Shown here one piece after another: positions 48,932 through 57,122 of a DNA stretch of 64,000 nucleotides (positions within the stretch are counted from its first letter, which is position 1; every line of letters starts with the position of its first letter). The position numbers and the translations under genes were made by a program. Origin of the DNA: a virus (taxonomy: Duplodnaviria; Caudoviricetes); IMG/VR virus record IMGVR_UViG_3300033067_002106, positions 1-64,000 of that record; one strand, written 5' to 3'. The notes under the pieces are model-generated. The model saw only the letters and a list, made by a program, of their open reading frames with translations, ran no database searches and had not been told where the DNA came from.

Positions 48932-49014
48932 CCTGACGAGGCAGACTGGTTGATGCACCACCCTGATAAGGTGGGTTCGCAAGAACAAGGTGGGTTCGAT
49001 TCTCACCGTCAGGA
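48932..49014 (+). tRNA. Type II tRNA-Ile(GAT)
   Basis: CCACC-CTGATAA-GGTGG, variable hairpin GTTC-GCAA-GAAC. Confidence 0.7.
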
Positions 49015-49016
49015 CA

Positions 49017-49214
49017 ATGAAAATTGAAAAAGCAATTGAGGTATTACATGATGTTGGTGTTGCTAAAAGTACAACATTAGAGATTATGTATGAATTATTA
49101 GAAAATGCAAATAAATATGCCAATAATTCAGAAGCAATCGAAAAGCTTTTAAAAGAAAAGCTTTCAATTGAAGAATTCATCTCGGTTAAAAATCAATTTA
49201 TTTTGGACGCTTAG
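49017..49214 (+). CDS. Hypothetical protein within tRNA array
   Basis: MKIEKAIEV... 65 aa. Confidence 0.55.
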   Translation: MKIEKAIEVLHDVGVAKSTTLEIMYELLENANKYANNSEAIEKLLKEKLSIEEFISVKNQFILDA

Positions 49215-49278
49215 CTCAGTTGGTTAGAGCAGCTGACTCATAATCAGCGGGTCACTGGTTCGAACCCAGTAGTGTCCA
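49205..49278 (+). tRNA. tRNA(CAT), probably Ile2 (lysidine type)
   Basis: Canonical; GCTGA-CTCATAA-TCAGC; sits among Ile tRNAs. Confidence 0.8.
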
Positions 49279-49481
49279 CGGGGATGGGGAGGTTAAATCT
49301 CGCTCGGACAAAACTGAGTAACCCTTAATCGGGGTTCGATTTTATCAAAGACCATCAAAGAGACCTGAAAAAAGAGTAACTAACACAACGGGATGTTGTT
49401 GTAGAAGAAAATTTTCTAACATTGGAGATGAAAACTGGATAAATAGAATAAGCGGGTGAAATTCCCGTCGTCGCCAAACCT

Positions 49482-49572
49482 TGGGTAGTAGCAGCGGTGC
49501 CTTATACGCATCACACTTGTAACTGGCATCTTGAGATAACTTCAAATGTGGGTTCGAACCCCATCTACCCAA
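49482..49572 (+). tRNA. Rearranged tRNA-Ile(TAT)-like gene
   Basis: TGGGTAG/CTACCCA, GGTGC-CTTATAC-GCATC, GTAACTGG after the anticodon arm. Confidence 0.7.
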
Positions 49573-49638
49573 CAATTGGAATCATATTCTTGTTGCCCCG
49601 TTTGGGATATGATATTGAAATTGAGTTACGGGGCCCTT

Positions 49639-49723
49639 GGATGGGTTGCTTTAGAGGCCGAAAAGTCTAGATTGTTAATCTAGTGTCGCAAGACCACCGT
49701 GGGTTCGACTCCCACCCCATCCT
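49639..49723 (+). tRNA. Type II tRNA-Asn(GTT)
   Basis: CTAGA-TTGTTAA-TCTAG, variable hairpin GTC-GCAA-GAC. Confidence 0.75.
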
Positions 49724-49730
49724 CAAATAT

Positions 49731-49804
49731 TCTGATGTAGCTCAGTTGGTTAGAGCATCTGACTGTTAATCAGAGGGTCGTAGGTTCGAGTCCCACCATC
49801 AGAG
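49731..49804 (+). tRNA. tRNA-Asn(GTT)
   Basis: Canonical, G73. Confidence 0.9.
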
Positions 49805-49818
49805 CAAATAAATGTGTT

Positions 49819-50055
49819 ATGGAACTTAAAAGCATTTCAAAAGAGGTTATCGATGAGTACAAAGAATTTATTCTTGAGCGATTAACTATCCGTCCAACTG
49901 ATACTCCAACAGCTATTGCTAGCAGAGCATGGTATCGTGGGTTTAAGGATTTCAGGTTTGATGATGCTAGGGCTTTGGCTGAGAAGGTTAAACAGATTTA
50001 TTTGACACATATCAACAAGAAAACTATTTCTGAAGTTAGAGATATGATTTTTTAA
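49819..50055 (+). CDS. Hypothetical protein within tRNA array
   Basis: 78-aa ORF. Confidence 0.55.
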   Translation: MELKSISKEVIDEYKEFILERLTIRPTDTPTAIASRAWYRGFKDFRFDDARALAEKVKQIYLTHINKKTISEVRDMIF

Positions 50056-50056
50056 C

Positions 50057-50131
50057 GGACAATTAGCTATTAATTGGTAGAGCGAGTGGTTGTTAGCCAC
50101 AGGGTTGTGGGTTCGAATCCTACATTGTCCG
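50057..50131 (+). tRNA. tRNA-Asn(GTT), divergent copy
   Basis: GTGG-TTGTTAG-CCAC arm, G73. Confidence 0.75.
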
Positions 50132-50222
50132 CTTTTTTAGTTCTTTGAAATTATTTTTGTTTTAAAGTTTAAACTTTGGGTATAGTTTCGGTATTTATTA
50201 AATGATAACTTTCGTTTAATAA

Positions 50223-51296
50223 ATGCAACAAACAATGCCACACAACACCAAGGTACTTTTTATCCTAAAAAGAAGACAAGATTATAATGGAGACAAACAT
50301 TCACATGCTAATTTAAGCACTGGGTTATATAATTCAGCGGCTTTTATGAATGATATGTTAAATGAACAAGGTATTCGTTCTAAGATTGCTGTTGTTAGAG
50401 ATAACAATGATATCGATAGACAAGTCACCAAGTTCAAACCAAAATATGTTATTATTGAAGCACTTTGGGTTGTTCCAAGTAAATTCAGTGTTTTATGTAA
50501 GCTACACCCTAATGTAAAATGGATTATTCGTTTACATAGTGAAATTCCATTCTTAGCAAATGAGGGAATAGCAATGGATTGGTTGGGTGATTATCCAGCT
50601 TTTCATAATCTTATTATAGCAGCAAACGCTCCGAGAGCATTAAAAGACCTTAGATTTTATTTAAAGACAAAGTATCATTGGAACGATGAAAAACTTGAGA
50701 AGAAAGTCATCTATCTTCCAAATTATTATCCAGATACTTACAAACGTAAGGAATTTGATGATACCAAATGTCACATTGACATTGGTTGTTTTGGTGCAAT
50801 CAGACCAATGAAAAATCATTTAACTCAAGCAATTGCGGCAATAAAGTTTGCTGAATCTATTGGTAAAAAATTAAGATTTCATATCAATGCTGGAAGGATT
50901 GAACAAAAGGGTGATAGTGTATTGAATAATCTTAAAGCTTTATTTACACAATTAAAGTCTTCTGGTCATCAGTTGATTGACCATGGTTGGATGCCTAGGG
51001 AAGAATTCTTAAAGGTGTGTGGAAAAATGGATATTGGAATGCAAGTTTCAATGTCAGAAACCTTTAATATTGTTGGTGCTGATTTGATGGGCCAAGGTGT
51101 TCCTCTTGTCGGTTCAAATGAAATTCCTTGGATGTGTAAGTTTTTTACTGCTAAACCAACAGATACTGAAAGCATTTATAGAAAACTAAGATTAACTCAT
51201 TGTTTTTCTAAAGTGAATGTTTTCTTAAATCAATTATTCCTGAGAAAATATACAAATAAAACAAGGAAGATATGGGTTAAATACTTCGAAGATTAA
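50223..51296 (+). CDS. Glycosyltransferase (GT-B/GT4-like)
   Basis: IGCFGAIRPMKNH, QVSMSETFNIVGAD. Confidence 0.75.
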   Translation: MQQTMPHNTKVLFILKRRQDYNGDKHSHANLSTGLYNSAAFMNDMLNEQGIRSKIAVVRDNNDIDRQVTKFKPKYVIIEALWVVPSKFSVLCKLHPNVKWIIRLHSEIPFLANEGIAMDWLGDYPAFHNLIIAANAPRALKDLRFYLKTKYHWNDEKLEKKVIYLPNYYPDTYKRKEFDDTKCHIDIGCFGAIRPMKNHLTQAIAAIKFAESIGKKLRFHINAGRIEQKGDSVLNNLKALFTQLKSSGHQLIDHGWMPREEFLKVCGKMDIGMQVSMSETFNIVGADLMGQGVPLVGSNEIPWMCKFFTAKPTDTESIYRKLRLTHCFSKVNVFLNQLFLRKYTNKTRKIWVKYFED

Positions 51297-51313
51297 ATTA
51301 AAACAAAGGTAAC

Positions 51314-51592
51314 ATGAAAAAAAGAAACAAATTAACTATTAATATTACACAATGGAAAAATGGTGTGCTAGACGTATCTGATATTGAATGTGATTCACTA
51401 GATGAAGCAAAAGGATTTATCAGGGGTCTTAAGGGTAAAATGAAGGTTAAGGTTTATGATGGAAATAAAAGAGTTCAACATTCAGAGGACATAGATAATG
51501 AAGATAAACATGAACACCACGAACACCACGAACATCATGGACATCATGAACACCATGGTCATCATGAGCATGATAACGATTCATATTGTTAA
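51314..51592 (+). CDS. Small protein with His-rich C-terminal tail
   Basis: HEHHEHHEHHGHHEHHGHHEHD. Confidence 0.65.
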   Translation: MKKRNKLTINITQWKNGVLDVSDIECDSLDEAKGFIRGLKGKMKVKVYDGNKRVQHSEDIDNEDKHEHHEHHEHHGHHEHHGHHEHDNDSYC

Positions 51593-51704
51593 TATTAGCT
51601 TTCTATTTTTCATTTAAATGCCGATGTATCCAAGTGGCCAAAGCTATATTTGGATAAAATTGGAGTGTATTTCCCTGTGACAATTAGCACAAACTAAAAT
51701 ACAT

Positions 51705-51774
51705 TGCATGAGTTATTGGAATACAGCCATCTCTCATAAGGAAGGCCAAGGCGGTTCGACTCCGCTTCATGCAA
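51705..51774 (+). tRNA. Atypical tRNA(CAT) with reduced D arm
   Basis: TGCATGA/TCATGCA acceptor, GGCGG/CCGCT T arm, CTCATAA loop. Confidence 0.5.
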
Positions 51775-51780
51775 CAACAA

Positions 51781-51859
51781 GCCGATGTAACCAGTTCTGT
51801 CTTCGAAACAGTTATCTGTAATGGAGTTGCAAATGTGGGTTCGAATCCCTCCATCGGTT
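51781..51859 (+). tRNA. Rearranged tRNA-Arg(TCG)-like gene
   Basis: GCCGATG/CATCGGT, CTGT-CTTCGAA-ACAG, GTAATGG after the anticodon arm. Confidence 0.65.
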
Positions 51860-51912
51860 CAACAACACTTATAGAGCCTCTCAATGATGCGCAACTTCTA
51901 TAGGTTTTATTT

Positions 51913-51988
51913 GGCTTTATAGTTTAACTGGATAAAACACCTGATTGCGAATCAGGAGACGTGATGGGTTCGAATCCCTCTAAGGTCA
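51913..51988 (+). tRNA. tRNA-Arg(GCG)
   Basis: CCTGA-TTGCGAA-TCAGG. Confidence 0.8.
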
Positions 51989-52043
51989 CAAATTGTATTA
52001 TGATTGTATTTTTAAAATATGAATGTGTTTATGTTGACCGACT

Positions 52044-52274
52044 ATGTGGGTCAACATCATACAACTTCGTGTAAACGAAAAGCAATCAAAAAAAATTGAT
52101 AGAAGCAAGGTTGAGAAACATAGAAAACACCTTGAAATGGGCGGTGACATGTTTCCAATCGACGTTGTAAAAATCAATGAAGAAGAACACTGTATTTGCG
52201 GCAATGGCAGACACCGTTACTATGGTGCGTTGGAAGCCGGTGTTCAATTTATTGATGTCAATGTACTGAATTAA
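52044..52274 (+). CDS. Small ParB/sulfiredoxin-like domain protein
   Basis: PIDV...GNGRHRY.GA. Confidence 0.6.
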   Translation: MWVNIIQLRVNEKQSKKIDRSKVEKHRKHLEMGGDMFPIDVVKINEEEHCICGNGRHRYYGALEAGVQFIDVNVLN

Positions 52275-52275
52275 T

Positions 52276-52353
52276 GGTCTCGTAGTGTAACAGGATAACA
52301 TAGACGTTTCCTAAACGGCCAGAGTAAGGGTTCGAATCCCTTCGAGACTACCA
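52276..52353 (+). tRNA. tRNA-Arg(CCT)
   Basis: Loop TTCCTAA, encoded CCA. Confidence 0.8.
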
Positions 52354-52358
52354 AATAT

Positions 52359-52447
52359 GCCCCAGTAACCGAGTCGGCCTTCTAAGCTGTTAATCGTAAT
52401 TGGAGTTGAGATTGTATCAAACGCAGGTTCGAATCCTGTCTGGGGTT
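52359..52447 (+). tRNA. Rearranged tRNA-Arg(TCT)-like gene
   Basis: GCCCCAG/CTGGGGT, CGGC-CTTCTAA-GCTG, GTAATTGG after the anticodon arm. Confidence 0.65.
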
Positions 52448-52453
52448 CAAGAT

Positions 52454-52529
52454 GGTTCCATAAGCTAACTGGATAAACTGGCCGCCTTCTAAGCGGCACT
52501 TATGGGTTCGAATCCCGTTGGAACTACCA
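52454..52529 (+). tRNA. tRNA-Arg(TCT)
   Basis: Canonical, encoded CCA. Confidence 0.9.
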
Positions 52530-52597
52530 AATATTTCGTATGAATGTACCATACAGTATGGCATCCAGTACTAGGCAAAAACCCCTAGTCGGTAGCC

Positions 52598-52885
52598 ATG
52601 AACAAGAAAAGAAGACAAGAGCTTAAACAGCTTAAATTTATTAATCGTATTAAACGATTTATTGCAAATGGTAAATATTATTTTACCAAGGATAGAGAAC
52701 GGATTGATTCGCCAACCGTTCAAGATATAATCAACGATGGTGGGTTTTTATGTTATAAAACAACATCAACACCATGTTCCTGTTATACGTGCTCTGGGGA
52801 ATATAAATACCGTAGACATGAGCATAAAATAATAGAAAGAAAGTTGGTTCAAGAAGGATTGGAAGATTATTACAACCTAGATTAG
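52598..52885 (+). CDS. Hypothetical basic protein
   Basis: TPCSCYTC motif. Confidence 0.6.
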   Translation: MNKKRRQELKQLKFINRIKRFIANGKYYFTKDRERIDSPTVQDIINDGGFLCYKTTSTPCSCYTCSGEYKYRRHEHKIIERKLVQEGLEDYYNLD

Positions 52886-52897
52886 TCTAGGTATTTT

Positions 52898-52986
52898 GGA
52901 GGATAGGCAGATACGGTTTGCTGCGTTAGTTTGCTAAACTAATCTACCCCACAAGGGTAGTGAGGGTTCGAATCCCTTGTCCTCCG
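52898..52986 (+). tRNA. tRNA-Ser(GCT)
   Basis: Type II cloverleaf, G73; terminator follows (about 52990-53016). Confidence 0.9.
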
Positions 52987-53044
52987 CTAAAGGCCACACA
53001 TGTGTGGTCTTTTTTTGTTTTATACCATATTTATTACTAAAAGT

Positions 53045-53434
53045 ATGGCATTCATTCCCAATCACTTACATTTGATAGTTAAGGGTAAAATCAACAACCC
53101 ACCTAAAGAAGAAATCGACTTAAATAATTGGTTTATAGAGCTGGTAAAGGGTGTCCGAATGGTAGTAGTGGCGGGTCCGACATCAGTTTACGTAAAAGAT
53201 GAAGGGAATGAGGGGTTAACCGGAACGGTGACACTTGCCACATCTCATGCTTCAATTCATATTTGGGACAATACAATCCCATCTCTTTTTCAATTTGATA
53301 TTTATTCGTGTTCATGTTTTACCGTTGAGGAGGTATTACAACATTTAAACAAATTTGACCTAAGTGAATATGAGTACATATTTATTGATAGAAATAATGA
53401 AATAAAGATTATAGATACTGGGAAAAATCAGTGA
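53045..53434 (+). CDS. speD: S-adenosylmethionine decarboxylase proenzyme-like
   Basis: HLHLIV, GLTGTVTLATSHASIHIW, FDIYSC. Confidence 0.8.
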   Translation: MAFIPNHLHLIVKGKINNPPKEEIDLNNWFIELVKGVRMVVVAGPTSVYVKDEGNEGLTGTVTLATSHASIHIWDNTIPSLFQFDIYSCSCFTVEEVLQHLNKFDLSEYEYIFIDRNNEIKIIDTGKNQ

Positions 53435-54000
53435 AAATTGGTGAAATATATAATGAGATTTTTGAAGAAAGCGGTGAAAGGGTTTTTTACCATGGTTCTC
53501 CATATCAGTTTGACAAATTTGATTTTGATAGAATAGGTAGTGGTGATGGGTTGGCTAAGTTTGGTTATGGGTTGTATTTTACTGATAATCCAGATTTAGC
53601 GATTTATTACGCAAAAGAGCTTTCAAAGGGTGAACTAAAAAAAACAGGATTTAACTTATATACGGTTAAGCTTTACAATTTGGATGAATTTTATGTTTGG
53701 GAGGAAGAAACCCCGGAATTTGTTGCTCAGTGTGTTGTAAGAAAACTTTTAAAACTTGGTAAAACAAGTGATGCTGAATTGATAACTACAGAATATGAAG
53801 AGTATGGTAAATACTGGGAACTAAAAAACATGTATTCAGTCTTAACTGATATTTTAGGAACTCAAAAAGAAACATCTGAATGGTTAACTATTTGTGGTGT
53901 TGGTGGGGTCATAAGTGATGCAATAACACATAGTGGTAAGATATATACCGTTTATGATGATTCATTAATAAAGATTGTCAACGTAGAAAATTTAAGATGA
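53431..54000 (+). CDS. ADP-ribosyltransferase-like fold protein
   Basis: FYHGS...FDKF...GYGLYFT...AIYYA. Confidence 0.6.
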   Translation: MKIGEIYNEIFEESGERVFYHGSPYQFDKFDFDRIGSGDGLAKFGYGLYFTDNPDLAIYYAKELSKGELKKTGFNLYTVKLYNLDEFYVWEEETPEFVAQCVVRKLLKLGKTSDAELITTEYEEYGKYWELKNMYSVLTDILGTQKETSEWLTICGVGGVISDAITHSGKIYTVYDDSLIKIVNVENLR

Positions 54001-54632
54001 AAATAGGAAAACTATATGATGAGGTATTGGGTGAAGAGTATCCAAGTTCTTGGAACATAGAAGAATTTGCAAATTTAAAATCATTTAATCAAAGAAAAAA
54101 CTATTGTGAACAAAATCTTCGACGTATTTCTTCTGGTAGTGGTCGAATTGTTTATCAAGTAGATAATGAAAAGGTATTAAAGTTAGCCAAGAATAAAAAA
54201 GGTGTTGCACAGAATGAAGTGGAAATTCAATATGGAAACGAGAGGTATTTTTCAAGCATTATTGGGCAAACTTATAACTCTGATGACAATGCTTTATGGG
54301 TTGAAATGGAATTGGCAAAAAGGGTAAGTCCAAAACAATTTAAAAATATTGTTGGTGTTGATATCGACACATTTGGAGGATATATTCGAAATCAAGTGGC
54401 CGTCAATCGAGGAAGGCCAAGTTATTTTAGAATTGACCCAGACATCAAGGAGCAATTAGATAATAATGAAATAGCCAATGATACAATTGATTTCGTTATG
54501 AATACCGATAGCGAAGCTGGTGATATAGGAAGATTAAGTACATGGGGATTGGTACATAGGGAAGGAAGTGATTCATTGGTAATTATTGATTATGGATTGA
54601 CACAAGGTGTTTATACAACATATTATAGATAA
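53997..54632 (+). CDS. Protein kinase-like fold protein
   Basis: SGSGRIVY, VLKLA, QNEVE, VIIDYG. Confidence 0.65.
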   Translation: MKIGKLYDEVLGEEYPSSWNIEEFANLKSFNQRKNYCEQNLRRISSGSGRIVYQVDNEKVLKLAKNKKGVAQNEVEIQYGNERYFSSIIGQTYNSDDNALWVEMELAKRVSPKQFKNIVGVDIDTFGGYIRNQVAVNRGRPSYFRIDPDIKEQLDNNEIANDTIDFVMNTDSEAGDIGRLSTWGLVHREGSDSLVIIDYGLTQGVYTTYYR

Positions 54633-54678
54633 TAAATAAACATGAAACATTCGTGTTTATAATAAAAAACAAAAAAAA

Positions 54679-55167
54679 ATGGACAACGTTACACAACAAA
54701 GAATTCAATTGTTACACCCAAGTCTAAGAGATGAAGTAACAAATTTAATTAATCAAGCTGATGCAAGCTTAACAAAGCATTCCCAAGTAAGAATTGTACA
54801 AGGGCTAAGAACAATCGCTGAGCAAGATGCGTTATACGCACAGGGAAGAACAGCACCCGGCCCTAAGGTCACCAAAGCCAAGGGTGGTCAATCATTCCAT
54901 AATTATGGTGTTGCAATTGACTTTGCACTTCTTATTGATGGTAAGGAAATATCTTGGGACACCAAAAAAGATTGGGATGGCGATAAGATAGCCGATTGGA
55001 TGGAAGTAGTAAGCATTTTCCGTAAAGCTGGTTGGGCTTGGGGTGGTTCATTCACGTTCAAAGATAACCCACATTTTGAGAAACCATTTGGAAACACATG
55101 GCAACAACTTTTAGCCAAATATAAAGCGGGTAATTTTGTTCCCGGAACAAAATATGTGAATCTTTAA
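54679..55167 (+). CDS. M15 family peptidase endolysin (L-Ala-D-Glu type)
   Basis: GLRT..EQ..LYAQGR, SFHNYGVAID, WGG...D.PHFE. Confidence 0.9.
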   Translation: MDNVTQQRIQLLHPSLRDEVTNLINQADASLTKHSQVRIVQGLRTIAEQDALYAQGRTAPGPKVTKAKGGQSFHNYGVAIDFALLIDGKEISWDTKKDWDGDKIADWMEVVSIFRKAGWAWGGSFTFKDNPHFEKPFGNTWQQLLAKYKAGNFVPGTKYVNL

Positions 55168-55206
55168 AATAAATTTGGTTATATAAAGTTTTTAACTTAC
55201 CTTTGC

Positions 55207-56139
55207 ATGAAGAACTATATTAGAAAACTATTAAAAGAGAATCTGATGGTAAATGCATTGGGTATTAAGGTTTCACGTCCAAACCAAGTATTGGTTATTA
55301 TGAGGGGTATATCCGGTAGCGGTAAGTCCACAAAGGCTAAATCCATTGTGGGTGAAGGTGTTATACACTCAACAGATGCTTTGATTGAAGCAACTGGTGA
55401 TTACAATGGTTTTTTTGCTGAGATGAACAAAACAAAAAACTTCATTGGGTTAAGCCGTATGCACTCAAAGAACTTAGCCAACGCAAAGAAATCAATGAAT
55501 GAGGGTGTTTCACCTGTTGTTATTGATAACACAAATTTGAAGGCAAATGAAGCTAAGGCTTATGTTAAATATGCTTTGGAATTGGGTTATGCTGATGACA
55601 ATATCAAGATTATTGATGTTGGTACTGGTGGTTTAACAGCTGAAGGGTTGGCTGCAAGAAACCAACATGGTGTTCCATTGGAAAAAATAGAACAAATGGT
55701 TAAGTCACATAAGAGTGTCGGACCACTCACACTTAAAAGGATATTGGAGTCCAAGGATATGTATCCAAACTCTGATATCCTTTATTCAGCGGTTGTTTTG
55801 GATGAAAAATCAAGAAGCAAACTACTTGCAGCGTATGGTAAAAATATTCCTTCCGGTTGGGATGTAATTGCTCATCACATGACAATTGCTTTTGGCAAAC
55901 CAGTAAAGAATGAAGAAGACTTGGGCAAAACCGTATGTCTTAGAGTTACAAAGGTTGGCGCTAGCGATATGGCATATGCTGTTCAGGTTGAAGGATATCC
56001 ATCAAACAACGCTATTCCACATATTACCTTGGCCATCAATCCAGATGGTGGAAAAGCGATGATGTCTAACGACATAACTAATTGGATGTCAACGAAGGGT
56101 ATTGAAGTTTGTGGTGTTGTGACAAATATCAAGAAATAA
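55207..56139 (+). CDS. Polynucleotide kinase (AAA_33) fused to 2H cyclic phosphodiesterase
   Basis: RGISGSGKST, VIDNTN, RNQHGVP; HHMT and PHIT 2H motifs. Confidence 0.85.
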   Translation: MKNYIRKLLKENLMVNALGIKVSRPNQVLVIMRGISGSGKSTKAKSIVGEGVIHSTDALIEATGDYNGFFAEMNKTKNFIGLSRMHSKNLANAKKSMNEGVSPVVIDNTNLKANEAKAYVKYALELGYADDNIKIIDVGTGGLTAEGLAARNQHGVPLEKIEQMVKSHKSVGPLTLKRILESKDMYPNSDILYSAVVLDEKSRSKLLAAYGKNIPSGWDVIAHHMTIAFGKPVKNEEDLGKTVCLRVTKVGASDMAYAVQVEGYPSNNAIPHITLAINPDGGKAMMSNDITNWMSTKGIEVCGVVTNIKK

Positions 56140-56185
56140 ATTTGTAAGGGGCGATTCTTTTACGTATATTTGCTAAAATTACTCT

Positions 56186-56554
56186 ATGAATAATGAAGCA
56201 AGAAGAATCGATTTAAGTACCAAACTTCGTCAGATGGGGGACTCCCTAATGAACGAATCCAATGTTTCTGGTGATGAAAATCTCTTGATAACTGGAAATC
56301 TTATGGGCTTTATAAGTACTCTTATCCTTTTTGATGAGGATATAAGAAGTTTTAGTTTATTAAGTGAAATGTTTTCAGCAAAAAGGGTTTTGGATTCAAT
56401 GTTACATGGGATTCCTGATAATATATCTCCGGCAGTAGCTGCGCATATACAAGAATCTGCTGATAAACTTGAAGAAAAACTTGGTGTTAAAAAGAAAAGA
56501 GCCCCTAGGAAAAAAAAGAATGACAATTCTAAGGGTGAAGAACCAACACCTTAA
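56186..56554 (+). CDS. Hypothetical protein
   Basis: 122-aa ORF after TATATTTG. Confidence 0.6.
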   Translation: MNNEARRIDLSTKLRQMGDSLMNESNVSGDENLLITGNLMGFISTLILFDEDIRSFSLLSEMFSAKRVLDSMLHGIPDNISPAVAAHIQESADKLEEKLGVKKKRAPRKKKNDNSKGEEPTP

Positions 56555-56580
56555 AATTTTTGTGGTTTAAAACCACAAAT

Positions 56581-56609
56581 GCATCAGTAGCTCAGTTGGA
56601 TAGAGCACA
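56581..56609 (+). pseudogene. 5' half of split tRNA-Arg(TCT)
   Basis: GCATCAG-TA-GCTC...GAGC-A; acceptor strand pairs with CTGGTGT at 57156-57162. Confidence 0.8.
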
Positions 56610-56642
56610 TAATTAGTTCTTTGATATATTGGAAAGATTTAG

Positions 56643-56716
56643 GGTCTTGTAGCATAATTGGATAATTCAACTGCCTTCTAAGCAGTAGACTACAGGTTCG
56701 AATCCTGTCGGGACTA
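56643..56716 (+). tRNA. tRNA-Arg(TCT)
   Basis: ACTGC-CTTCTAA-GCAGT, full cloverleaf. Confidence 0.85.
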
Positions 56717-57073
56717 CATTAAATGATGTCTAATTCTGTGGCAATTTGAGCACAGTAAAACACATTTATCTAACTCTTTTGTAATTTGATTCCACGGTCT
56801 TAAACGTAATCTATTCCAGTCAAAATCTTTCTCGGATGGAGTAATATGATGAAAATCAAATATTACATAAGGCATTTCTGGGTAAGTTACCTGACAATCT
56901 ACGCATGAACAACCCTTATATTCAATAGCTTTAATTTTTTGGTTAATCCATCGTTGAATACAATATTTATTGTGACATTTCTTACATTTTGAAGCACCAC
57001 TTTTTCTATCTTTTTGATGATAAAACTCAGATATTGATTTAGTTAAATTACAAACAGTACATATTTTCTCCAT
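56714..57073 (-). CDS. HNH homing endonuclease
   Basis: CTVC...CKKC...CVDC...FDFHH...LLCSNCHRIRH; likely start MEKIC. Confidence 0.85.
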   Translation of the reverse strand: MEKICTVCNLTKSISEFYHQKDRKSGASKCKKCHNKYCIQRWINQKIKAIEYKGCSCVDCQVTYPEMPYVIFDFHHITPSEKDFDWNRLRLRPWNQITKELDKCVLLCSNCHRIRHHLM

Positions 57074-57122
57074 ATTAATAAATATATGGAAAGAAGCCAA
57101 AAATCTATCCAATATATTAAAA

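Noticed and set aside
48100-51660. Isolated T-arm or D-arm fragments (about 48113-48129, 49290-49356, 49452-49475, 51620-51643)
   Set aside because: Cannot be folded into complete cloverleaves; probably decayed tRNA relics.
47825-52564. Short ORFs overlapping tRNA genes (47825, 48830, 49345, 49882, 51684, 52311, 52382)
   Set aside because: Translations of tRNA antisense strands.
47640-53000. CRISPR array (recurring GGTTCGAATCC)
   Set aside because: These are tRNA T loops; no regular repeat-spacer period and no cas operon. The Cas4-like gene at 11251 sits in replication context.
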